In this document: positions 7,249-16,026 of the stretch, one piece after another
Layout: each line of letters begins with the position of its first letter
Numbering within the stretch: position 1 is the stretch's first letter
Virus record (IMG/VR): IMGVR_UViG_3300009161_000038
DNA length: 64,000 nt
Strand: one strand, 5' to 3'
Source of the DNA: an uncultured virus (IMG/VR IMGVR_UViG_3300009161_000038)
Lineage: Duplodnaviria; Heunggongvirae; Uroviricota; Caudoviricetes
The notes under the pieces: model-generated
What the model was told of the DNA's origin: nothing
The model's database searches: none
Seen by the model: the letters and a program-made list of their open reading frames with translations, nothing else
Program-made: the position numbers and the translations under genes

Positions 7249-9183
7249 ATGTCAAAAATTATTGAAAACCCATATGAAAATTTTATTGCATTGTCTCGTT
7301 ATGCAAGATGGATTTCAGAAGAAAACCGTCGTGAGACATGGGCAGAAACAGTAGATAGATATTTTGACTACATGATAAAGTATCTTAAAGACAACAATGG
7401 CTACGTCCCAGAACCAAATTTATTAAAAGAATTAAAAGAATCTGTTTACAATCGTGATGTAATGCCATCAATGAGATCTGTAATGACAGCAGGACCTGCT
7501 TTAGATAGAGACCATGTTGCAGGATATAACTGTTCGTTTATACCAGTAGATTCTCCACGATCATTTGACGAGACAATGTATATACTTATGTGTGGAACGG
7601 GAGTAGGATTTTCCGTTGAGTATAAATACATTAATAAGCTTCCAGCGATTCCAGAATCTTTTGAAAAGTCTACAACAGTAATTATTGTTGAAGATTCTAA
7701 GTCTGGTTGGGCAAAAGCGTTTCGTGAATTGCTTGCACTTCTTTGGTCTGGTCAAGTTCCTTCAATTGATGTAAGCAAACTTCGTCCCGCTGGCGCAAGA
7801 CTTAAAACTATGGGTGGTAGGTCATCAGGACCACAGCCATTAGTTAACTTGTTTGATTTTACAATTGCAAAATTTAAATCTGCAGCAGGTAGATCATTTA
7901 AACCAATTGAGGCACATGACATTATGTGTAAGATTGGAGAAATTGTGGTAGTTGGTGGAGTTAGAAGGTCTGCATTAATTTCTCTTTCTAATATTAATGA
8001 TATTGAAATGGCACAAGCAAAAACTGGTAATTGGTGGGAGCATAATGGACAACGTGCTCTTTCAAATAACTCTGTTGCGTATTCTCGTAAACCAGAGATG
8101 GAACAATTTATTGCAGAATGGAAATCCTTATATGATTCAAAATCAGGAGAACGAGGTATATACAATGTGGCCGCAGCTCAAGCCCAGGCAGCCAAGTATG
8201 GAAGAAGAGATCCAGATATACACTACGGAACTAACCCTTGTTCAGAAATTATTTTACGTCCTTATCAGTTTTGTAATCTTTCAGAAGTCGTACTACGTGA
8301 AAAAGATACAAAAAAAGATATTGAGCGTAAAGTAGAACTAGCAACAATTCTTGGAACATGGCAGTCTACTCTTACTAATTTTAAGTACCTTCGTAAAATT
8401 TGGAAAGATAACACAGAAGAGGAAAGATTACTAGGGGTATCTCTGACTGGACAATTTGGTCATCAGTTTATGTCTGGAAAAGAAGACTTGGTGTCTTTAG
8501 AAGCATTTTTAATGACTCTTAGAGAAAAAGCTAGAAAGACAAATAAAAAAGAGGCAGGAAATCTTGGAATTCCAGAGTCTGCTGCTATTACATGTGTAAA
8601 GCCATCGGGAACAGTATCTCAATTAGTTGGAGTATCTTCAGGAATGCATGCTTGGCATTCTCCGTATTACATTAGAACAGTTCGTGGCTCAAAAGGAGAC
8701 CCAATATCTACATTTTTAAAAGAAGTTGGGATTCCAGTAGAGGATGACGTTATGAAGCCAAACGACACCTATGTATTTTCGTTTCCAATAAAAGCTCCAG
8801 ACGGGGCTGTGGTTAGAAAAGATTTGACGGCAATTGAACACTTAAATATTTGGTTAGTTTACCAACGTGCATGGTGTGAGCATAAGCCATCTATCACAGT
8901 TTCAGTAAAAGAAGATGAATGGATGGAAGTAGGAGCTTGGGTATATAAAAACTTTGATGAAGTCTCTGGTATATCTTTTTTGCCCATGTCTGATCACTCA
9001 TACAAGCAGGCTCCGTATCAAGAAGTTTCTAAATTAGAATATGAAGACCTGGTTGCAAAAATGCCTAAAGAAATTAGATGGGCAGACTTGTATTTTTACG
9101 AAACAGAAGATGGCACATCTACAAATGCCACTCTTGCCTGTAGCTCAGACGGAAACTGCGAGCTAGTAGATATTTCTTCATGA
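7249..9183 (+). CDS. nrdJ: Class II (adenosylcobalamin-dependent) ribonucleotide reductase
   Basis: GYNCSF, VVGGVRRSA, GTNPCSEI, TCVKPSGT, C-terminal Cys pair ACSSDGNCE. No adjacent small subunit. Confidence 0.92.
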   Translation: MSKIIENPYENFIALSRYARWISEENRRETWAETVDRYFDYMIKYLKDNNGYVPEPNLLKELKESVYNRDVMPSMRSVMTAGPALDRDHVAGYNCSFIPVDSPRSFDETMYILMCGTGVGFSVEYKYINKLPAIPESFEKSTTVIIVEDSKSGWAKAFRELLALLWSGQVPSIDVSKLRPAGARLKTMGGRSSGPQPLVNLFDFTIAKFKSAAGRSFKPIEAHDIMCKIGEIVVVGGVRRSALISLSNINDIEMAQAKTGNWWEHNGQRALSNNSVAYSRKPEMEQFIAEWKSLYDSKSGERGIYNVAAAQAQAAKYGRRDPDIHYGTNPCSEIILRPYQFCNLSEVVLREKDTKKDIERKVELATILGTWQSTLTNFKYLRKIWKDNTEEERLLGVSLTGQFGHQFMSGKEDLVSLEAFLMTLREKARKTNKKEAGNLGIPESAAITCVKPSGTVSQLVGVSSGMHAWHSPYYIRTVRGSKGDPISTFLKEVGIPVEDDVMKPNDTYVFSFPIKAPDGAVVRKDLTAIEHLNIWLVYQRAWCEHKPSITVSVKEDEWMEVGAWVYKNFDEVSGISFLPMSDHSYKQAPYQEVSKLEYEDLVAKMPKEIRWADLYFYETEDGTSTNATLACSSDGNCELVDISS

Positions 9184-9344
9184 GGCTAGATTCTAAGACA
9201 TCTTACAAGATTTTTTTAGAAAAACCTGTCGGTAAAAGTAATTTTTATATTGTTCCTGAAATTATTTTTAATCTTTTTTCTATATATATAGTAAATAGTT
9301 TAATTCTACAAGGCTGGAGATCCCTGACTGGACACTAGGCAGGC

Positions 9345-9373
9345 TTGTCAATATCTATTTATGGTAGTATAAT
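9345..9373 (+). promoter_or_regulatory. Sigma70/SigA-type promoter for the holin/fibre block
   Basis: TTGTCA-N17-TATAAT. Confidence 0.65.
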
Positions 9374-9431
9374 ATAATTGGGTTAAACCCCAAAATTGCT
9401 GAGCGCAATGCTCAGAAATAGGAGGATCTAA

Positions 9432-9656
9432 ATGAAAAAAGATCTTAAACAGAATGGACTATTAGAAATGCAAGAAAAAATTCTAGCAGCACTAGCAAGT
9501 TATGGCCGCCACTTCTTAGGTGCGGCAATTGCCTTGTACATGACAGGGAACACAAACCCTAGAGACCTTTTGATGGGCGGAATTGCAGCTTGTGCCCCCG
9601 TTATCTTGAAGGCGTTAAATCCAAATGAACTAGCTTTTGGATTCACCAAGAAGTAA
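9432..9656 (+). CDS. Putative holin
   Basis: Small protein with two hydrophobic segments and a LKALNP..AFG tail; AGGAGG RBS. Confidence 0.55.
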   Translation: MKKDLKQNGLLEMQEKILAALASYGRHFLGAAIALYMTGNTNPRDLLMGGIAACAPVILKALNPNELAFGFTKK

Positions 9657-9727
9657 ATCTTACTCGATTGGGATAGCTCCTGTGCTAAAATTGGCATAGG
9701 AGTTTTCCTATTTAGGAGTACTAGCAA

Positions 9728-10075
9728 ATGGCAGGACAAAAAAATTGGGAAGTGGATCAAAACACAACCCACACGTTTGAAGCAATTTATCAAGATCAAG
9801 ATGGAAATCCCATAGATCTAACTGGCGCTTCTGCAAAAATGCAAGTCCGTGATTTAAAAGGCGGAACTAAATTAGCTTTTACCCTAACATCGCCATCTGG
9901 CGGAATTGTAATAGACCCCACTAACGGTAAGCTAACAATTAAGATGACACCAACACAAACAAGCAAGTTATTTTATCCAAAATCATCATATGACATAATG
10001 GTTACAGATAGCAATTTGAATAAAATAAAACTACTTGAAGGCTTTATATCTCTTAGCAGATCGGTAACCATCTGA
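9728..10075 (+). CDS. Virion structural protein (BppU-N-like)
   Basis: PIDLTGASAKMQVR...YDI...LLEG pattern. Confidence 0.6.
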   Translation: MAGQKNWEVDQNTTHTFEAIYQDQDGNPIDLTGASAKMQVRDLKGGTKLAFTLTSPSGGIVIDPTNGKLTIKMTPTQTSKLFYPKSSYDIMVTDSNLNKIKLLEGFISLSRSVTI

Positions 10076-10524
10076 TGGCAGAGCAAGTATTTATATCAGG
10101 AGTAAAAAATCAAGTAGTTGTTAGTTCCCCAGGACCACAAGGACCTGCTGGAAGAACAATATTAAATGGCTCTGGAGCACCTTCAAACAATTTGGGTACA
10201 ACTGGAGATTTCTATTATGATATTGTTACAACAAAATTCTATGGACCAAAACTTAATGATTTGTCTTGGAGTAATGCTCAGCAAGTAACCTTAGTTCAAA
10301 CTCCAGGAGAGTTTTCTTTTTCTAGTTCTTGGTCTTTACAAAATCTTGTTTTATTGCAAGGATCATACTCCATAGAAATACAGCACAATCTTGGATTTAG
10401 CCCAAACGTAACAGTAAAAGCTAGTTCAGGCGATATTGTAGAAACTGAAGTGGATTACAATAGTTTAAATAAAATAACGCTGAGAATGGCTCAACCATTT
10501 TCAGGGACAGCATATCTGTCATAA
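10075..10524 (+). CDS. Virion protein with short collagen-like segment
   Basis: PGPQGPAG, GAPSNNLGTTGDFYYD, IQHNLG. Confidence 0.6.
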   Translation: MAEQVFISGVKNQVVVSSPGPQGPAGRTILNGSGAPSNNLGTTGDFYYDIVTTKFYGPKLNDLSWSNAQQVTLVQTPGEFSFSSSWSLQNLVLLQGSYSIEIQHNLGFSPNVTVKASSGDIVETEVDYNSLNKITLRMAQPFSGTAYLS

Positions 10525-10536
10525 AGGAGAAACAAA

Positions 10537-11604
10537 ATGGCAAGAAAATTTGTAGTAAATCTTGATCTAAATAAAAATGAACTTTTAAATGCTAGAGTTC
10601 AAAATTTAGCAAGCGCACCATCGTCACCAGTATCAGGACAGATTTATTTTAATACATCAAATAATATTTTATACTTTTTTGATGGAACAAACTGGATCTC
10701 AACTTCTGGTTCATTAGAAGTAATTCAAGACGCAATTGGTCAATATGTAGTTGGTGGGCAATCATTAACTGCCTCATATAACGACACCACTGGCGAAACA
10801 ACAATAGACCTAGACAACACAGCGGTTACCGCTGGAACATATGGGTCAGCATCCTCTATTCCATCATTTACAGTTGATGCACAAGGTAGGTTAACATCTG
10901 CTAGCGAAATAAGCATTCCAGATCCAGTAATAACTCTTTCTGGAGATGTATCTGGCTCAGCTACAATGACAAATCTTGGCAATGTTACAATTACAACCAC
11001 AATTCAGCCAAATTCTGTTGCATTGGGATCAGACACAACTGGAAACTATATAGCAACAATTGCTGGTACAGTTAATGAAATTGAAGTTACTGGCTCAGGA
11101 TCAGAAACATCTGCTGTAACAATTGGTCTTCCAAATGATGTTGAAATTACTGGAAACTTACAGGTAGGCGGAAATCTAAATGTAATAGGAACAGTAAACT
11201 CTGTAAATACAACACAGATTAATATTGAAGATAATAAGGTAAAGCTTAACAGCAATGCAACAGGCGCACCTACTGTAGATGCTGGAATAGTTGTAGAAAG
11301 AGGAAGTGCCCCAGACGCAGAAATTCTTTGGGACGAAACCGCAGATCAATGGAAACTTGGTAGCACTGGAGCACCTTACCATGCAATTGCAAGAAAGTAC
11401 TCAGAAACAATTGGAGATGGGTCTTCAACTGTTTTTCAAGTATCTCATTTCTTAAACACAAGAGACGTAGCAGTCACTGTTTATGACATATCAAGTAAAG
11501 AAGAAGTTATTGTAGATACAACACACTCAACTTTAGATATAGTATCAATAGGATTTGCTTCAGCCCCTACAGCCAGTCAATATAGAGTTGTTGTAGTAGG
11601 CTAA
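10537..11604 (+). CDS. Fibre-like virion protein
   Basis: VTAGTYGS..FTVDAQGRLT, ITLSGDVSGS and EILWDET motifs typical of fibre proteins. Confidence 0.7.
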   Translation: MARKFVVNLDLNKNELLNARVQNLASAPSSPVSGQIYFNTSNNILYFFDGTNWISTSGSLEVIQDAIGQYVVGGQSLTASYNDTTGETTIDLDNTAVTAGTYGSASSIPSFTVDAQGRLTSASEISIPDPVITLSGDVSGSATMTNLGNVTITTTIQPNSVALGSDTTGNYIATIAGTVNEIEVTGSGSETSAVTIGLPNDVEITGNLQVGGNLNVIGTVNSVNTTQINIEDNKVKLNSNATGAPTVDAGIVVERGSAPDAEILWDETADQWKLGSTGAPYHAIARKYSETIGDGSSTVFQVSHFLNTRDVAVTVYDISSKEEVIVDTTHSTLDIVSIGFASAPTASQYRVVVVG

Positions 11605-11605
11605 A

Positions 11606-11956
11606 ATGTCTAAAAAGGTTAAATCTTTATTAAACATAGTTTCTCTTGCTTCCGATCCACAGGGAAGCATGGGAGACTTGTTTTTTAATTTAACTGACAG
11701 AGCCTTAAAGATACATGATGGAAATGGGTGGGTTTCTTTAACAAGAGATCTGTCTTTTTTGCCACACACACACGACTATGATGGTAACGTACATACAGTA
11801 GACGTAAACGAATTAGATTTTGAAACAATAAATGAAAATTCAATAATTGAAGAACAAAACCCTGTTATAATTGGGTATGACGGCGGAGTCCCAGACTCTC
11901 AGCTAAACATAATAAATAATGCAGTAACAATGGATGGTGGCACAATTGGCAACTAG
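11606..11956 (+). CDS. Virion-associated hypothetical protein
   Basis: GDLFFN..LKIHDG..W module; operon context. Confidence 0.6.
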   Translation: MSKKVKSLLNIVSLASDPQGSMGDLFFNLTDRALKIHDGNGWVSLTRDLSFLPHTHDYDGNVHTVDVNELDFETINENSIIEEQNPVIIGYDGGVPDSQLNIINNAVTMDGGTIGN

Positions 11957-12503
11957 TTTCCCAACAAGCTTAGACACTTTAACAAACCCGACAAGCACAA
12001 GCAGTTTAGCAAGTCCTTCACACGCAGATCAACATATAAATGCCAATGATGCTATTGAAGCACTTGAAGCAAAAGTTGGTATAAATGGCTCAACAGACGT
12101 AAACTCAATTCAGTACAAAGTAGCAGCGGTACAGACAACACTTTCAAACTTGTCCAATACCACTAACGAAACAGTTACTCTTTTAGGCCTTGAAGGAAAC
12201 AACGATTTAACTGTAAGTGGTATAGAAAACAAAACAACATTAGATACATTTTCAAAAACAGCTTTCAGGACAGTAAACTATCAGTTACAGCTTTCCAGAG
12301 GAAGTCTTTATGAAACATCAGACATTTTAGTTCTTAATGATGGAACCGACATAAACATCTCGCAGTCAAACATTATTTCTAACACAAGTAGTTCTCTTGC
12401 AAATGTTACATTTGAAGAAAATTCAGGTATAATAGGGCTATGCGTAACTCCAACGAGTACAGCAGTTACTGCAAGATATATTAGAACAGCAATAAAAATA
12501 TAA
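11934..12503 (+). CDS. Virion-associated protein
   Basis: ATSFPTSLD...HADQHINANDAIEALEAKVG. C-terminus similar in pattern to that of 12524..13810. True start may be TTG a few codons in. Confidence 0.6.
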   Translation: MVAQLATSFPTSLDTLTNPTSTSSLASPSHADQHINANDAIEALEAKVGINGSTDVNSIQYKVAAVQTTLSNLSNTTNETVTLLGLEGNNDLTVSGIENKTTLDTFSKTAFRTVNYQLQLSRGSLYETSDILVLNDGTDINISQSNIISNTSSSLANVTFEENSGIIGLCVTPTSTAVTARYIRTAIKI

Positions 12504-12523
12504 GCAGTAAAAGGGGATAAAAA

Positions 12524-13810
12524 ATGGCAACAGTAGTAAAAAACTTTAGAATCAAATCAGGTCTTGTAGTTGAAGGCGCAACAGGTACAATCAATGGCCA
12601 AAATATACTTACAGAAACAGGCGGAAATGCCTACATCCTTAACCTTGTTGGAGGAGCCACTCTTGTAAAATCCGTAGACGCAGGAACATTTGCAGTTGAT
12701 GGTGCAGGAAATCTTACAGTAAAGGCTAGCGTATTTGATGCTTATGGATCAGCTTCATCTGCTCAATCAGCAGCAATTTCTGCAGCAGCATCAGACGCAA
12801 CCACTAAGGTAGCAGCAGAAGCAGCACTTAGAGTATCAGGTGACGCAGCATCAGTAACAACTGCAGCATCAGACGCAACCACTAAGGTAGCAGCAGAAGC
12901 AGCACTTAGAGTATCAGGTGACGCAGCATCAGTAGCAACTGCAGCAGCAGACGCTACTTCAAAGGCCAACGCAGCTCAAGCAGCAGCAGAAGCAACAGCA
13001 GCATCCGCTCTTTCATCTGCAATTAGCACAGAGGTTTCAAACCGTAATACAGCAATTTCATCAGCAGTAAGTACATTAGTAGACGGCGCACCAGACCTTC
13101 TTAATACATTAAATGAACTTGCAGCAGCAATTAATGATGACGCTAACTATACAACAACTATTACAACAGCTCTAGGAACAAAAGCTCCTCTAGCATCACC
13201 AGCATTGACTGGAACACCAACTGCACCAACCGCAGCAGCAGGAACAAATACAACTCAGGTTGCAACAACTGCATATGCAAAGGCAGCAGCAGATGCAGCA
13301 CAAACTGCAGCAACATCAGCAGCAGCCTCAGATGCTACAACTAAAGCTAACGCAGCACAGTCTGCAGCAGCCTCAGATGCTACAACTAAAGCTAACGCAG
13401 CTCAAGCAGCAGCAGAAGCAACTGCAGCAGCAGCTAATACAGCACAGCAAAACGGAACTACAGCATTTACATCAATTAATTACAACTCTGTTGCCAAGCA
13501 AGTTGCAGCAACAACTGGAAATATTGTAACCGCTGCAGCAACAACTGCTATCTCATGGGCAGCAGCAGATTACAGAAGCGCTAAGCTTGTAGTTAAAGCA
13601 AAAAATGGTAGCCACACTCAGGTATCAGACCTAGTAGTTACACTTGATACTTCTAACAACGTAGCAGTTTCTGAATATGGAATTACATATTCAAACGGAA
13701 CAGAGTTAGCTGCAGTAACTGCAGATTATTCTGGCTCAGATGTAAGAATTCGTGTAACCCCAGCAAACAATAACACTGAAGTTGTTGTAGTTGGAACATT
13801 GATTAAATAA
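12524..13810 (+). CDS. Ala-rich fibre protein
   Basis: ASDATTKANAAQ repeats, LNTLNELAAAINDD, APLASPALTGTPTAPT fibre motifs. Confidence 0.75.
   Translation: MATVVKNFRIKSGLVVEGATGTINGQNILTETGGNAYILNLVGGATLVKSVDAGTFAVDGAGNLTVKASVFDAYGSASSAQSAAISAAASDATTKVAAEAALRVSGDAASVTTAASDATTKVAAEAALRVSGDAASVATAAADATSKANAAQAAAEATAASALSSAISTEVSNRNTAISSAVSTLVDGAPDLLNTLNELAAAINDDANYTTTITTALGTKAPLASPALTGTPTAPTAAAGTNTTQVATTAYAKAAADAAQTAATSAAASDATTKANAAQSAAASDATTKANAAQAAAEATAAAANTAQQNGTTAFTSINYNSVAKQVAATTGNIVTAAATTAISWAAADYRSAKLVVKAKNGSHTQVSDLVVTLDTSNNVAVSEYGITYSNGTELAAVTADYSGSDVRIRVTPANNNTEVVVVGTLIK
12785..12934 (+). repeat. 72-bp exact direct repeat, 78-bp period, in frame
   Basis: 12785-12856 equals 12863-12934. 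Confidence 0.9.
13319..13401 (+). repeat. 38-bp direct repeat, 45-bp period, in frame
   Basis: GCAGCAGCCTCAGATGCTACAACTAAAGCTAACGCAGC at 13319 and 13364. Confidence 0.85.
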
Positions 13811-13878
13811 TTAAATAAAGGGCCAGGGGAGAGCCTGAAATCTCCCCAAAAAAACAATTAGGGGATATGTGAACTTAA

Positions 13879-14238
13879 ATGGCAACAACAGATAAAAACT
13901 TTAGAATAAAGAACGGACTCAATGTCGCAGGATCTGCCACATTCCAGTCTTCAGTCATACTAGGAACAACCCCTTTAAGATTCGATACAGCATCAAATAA
14001 ATTACAAATTCAATTAGATAATACTTGGGTTAACGTTGCACTTGCAACAGATATCCCAGACTTATCTGAAGAAATTTCATTTATGGACCTTGGTCTGGCA
14101 ATCGATTATGATGGAGAGCCTATATACACAGTTCAAGCCAACGGAGTAGACAATTCAGGCACAACTGGTGTAGCTAGTGGTGGAGATCCCTCTACCTCTT
14201 CATTTCAACTTGTTTTTGATTCAGGTTCAATAGCATAA
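13879..14238 (+). CDS. Virion-associated protein
   Basis: N-terminus MATTDKNFRIKNGL resembles MATVVKNFRIKSGL of 12524..13810. Confidence 0.6.
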   Translation: MATTDKNFRIKNGLNVAGSATFQSSVILGTTPLRFDTASNKLQIQLDNTWVNVALATDIPDLSEEISFMDLGLAIDYDGEPIYTVQANGVDNSGTTGVASGGDPSTSSFQLVFDSGSIA

Positions 14239-14290
14239 CAAAAAAAAATGATATAATATATCATAACTAAAGCAGTAAAAGGGGAATAAA

Positions 14291-15994
14291 ATGTCAACAG
14301 TAAGAATTCAAATTCGCAGAGGTACCGCAGCACAATGGACTTCAGCAAATCCAACTCTAGCCGCAGGAGAAATGGGCGTAGAGTCAGATACTAGAAAAAC
14401 TAAAATTGGAACAGGTTCTACTGCTTGGACATCCCTAGCTTATGCAAACGTTGTTCCTTCAGATTTAACAAATACACTTGGAGACTATCTTGAGGTAGCC
14501 GATAGAGGCGTTGCCAACGGAGTAGCATCACTAGATGCACAAGGACAGGTGCCGATTAATCAATTAGGAAATGTAATTGACGCAGCTCCTGGAGTACTAG
14601 ATACTCTTAACGAGTTAGCAGCAGCCATCAATGATGACGCAAATTTTGTAACTACAATGAATACTAGCATAAATACTAGATTACCAAAATCTGGCGGAAC
14701 AATGACTGGCGCTATTGCAATGGGTAATAGCAAAATCACAGGTCTTGCAACACCTACATTAGATTATGATGCATCAACTAAGAAATATGTAGACGATATT
14801 CAAACACAGACAGTCGCAGGAATTGCAACACACGGTCAGGTTAGCACAAACGTTCACGGAGTAGCAGACATGACAGCATTGGCAACAATGAACTATGTCA
14901 ATACTGAAATTACTGCTCACAACAATGATACTACATCTGTACACGGAATTGCAGACACATCAGTATTAGCAAATCAAACTTATGTTACTGGTGCAGTCGC
15001 AGCAGAAGCAACTGCTAGAGGCGCAGCAATTACAGCAGAAGCAACTGCTAGAGCAGCAGCAATTACAGCTGCCGCTACCACAGCAGCAACAAATTTAGAT
15101 ACCCACACCGCAGATACAACAAGCGTACACGGTATTTCAGACACATCAGCATTAGCATTAACTGCAACTGTTAACTCAGGATTGGCACTTAAGGCTGACC
15201 TTGCCTCACCAACTTTCACTGGAACAGTTTCTGGTATTACAAAGTCAATGGTTGGTCTTGGAAATGTTGATAATACTGCAGACACAGCAAAGCCAGTTTC
15301 AACTGCAGCGCAGACAGCACTTGATCTAAAGGCACCACTTGCTTCACCAGCACTTACTGGTGTACCAACTGCCCCAACTGCAACAGCAGGAACATCAACT
15401 ACACAGGTTGCAACTACAGCATTCGTAGGAACAGCAGTTTCAAACCTTGTAGCATCAGCACCTGCAGTACTTGATACTCTTAATGAGTTAGCAACTGCTC
15501 TTGGAAATGACGCATCATTCTCAACAACAATTACAAACTCAATTGCTACAAAGTCACCAATTGCTTCACCAACATTTACTGGTACAGTAACAGCACCAGC
15601 AATTACAGCAACAGGATTAATTACAGCCTCTGCTTCAGGTGTAGCATTTACAGACGGAACACAAACAATGGAAGGTGTACCATCACGGACACCAATCATT
15701 CAGAAGACAGCATCTTATACACTTTCAGCATTAACTGAAAGAGATGACTTAATTGAAATGGGATCATCTTCAGCACTAACACTTACAATTCCAACAGATG
15801 CAACACTAAACTTCCCAGTCGGAACCTCTATTGATATCCTTCAGACATCAACTGGTCAGGTTACAATTGCAGGTGCTGGTGGAGTAACTGTTAACGCAAC
15901 ACCTGGTTTGAAACTTCGTACAACCTGGTCATCTGCAACTCTCTTTAAGAGAGCAGCAAATACATGGGTTGTCTACGGCGACTTGATGGCGTAA
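14291..15994 (+). CDS. Tail fibre protein (Mtd/hyaluronidase-N-like N-terminus)
   Basis: RIQIRRGTAAQWTSANPTLAAGEMGVESDT N-terminus; TTSVHGI and LDTLNEL repeats; VGLGNVDNT. Confidence 0.8.
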   Translation: MSTVRIQIRRGTAAQWTSANPTLAAGEMGVESDTRKTKIGTGSTAWTSLAYANVVPSDLTNTLGDYLEVADRGVANGVASLDAQGQVPINQLGNVIDAAPGVLDTLNELAAAINDDANFVTTMNTSINTRLPKSGGTMTGAIAMGNSKITGLATPTLDYDASTKKYVDDIQTQTVAGIATHGQVSTNVHGVADMTALATMNYVNTEITAHNNDTTSVHGIADTSVLANQTYVTGAVAAEATARGAAITAEATARAAAITAAATTAATNLDTHTADTTSVHGISDTSALALTATVNSGLALKADLASPTFTGTVSGITKSMVGLGNVDNTADTAKPVSTAAQTALDLKAPLASPALTGVPTAPTATAGTSTTQVATTAFVGTAVSNLVASAPAVLDTLNELATALGNDASFSTTITNSIATKSPIASPTFTGTVTAPAITATGLITASASGVAFTDGTQTMEGVPSRTPIIQKTASYTLSALTERDDLIEMGSSSALTLTIPTDATLNFPVGTSIDILQTSTGQVTIAGAGGVTVNATPGLKLRTTWSSATLFKRAANTWVVYGDLMA

Positions 15995-16026
15995 TAGAAA
16001 TTTAAATAGGAAAAAGGAGATTCAAA

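Noticed and set aside
9184..9344. Possible small gene between nrdJ and the holin promoter
   Set aside because: The minus-strand frames I checked by hand close quickly and the ORF track shows nothing here; no convincing start.
13260..13529. Poly-Gln ORF
   Set aside because: Alternate-frame reading of GCA-rich Ala codons in the fibre gene.
13826..13854. GGGGAGA/TCTCCCC hairpin as a terminator
   Set aside because: Followed by an A-run rather than a T-run on the coding strand, so not a canonical terminator. It may be a stability or processing hairpin.
14980..15699. 239-aa antisense ORF
   Set aside because: Shadow of the Ala/Thr-rich fibre gene; no independent motifs.
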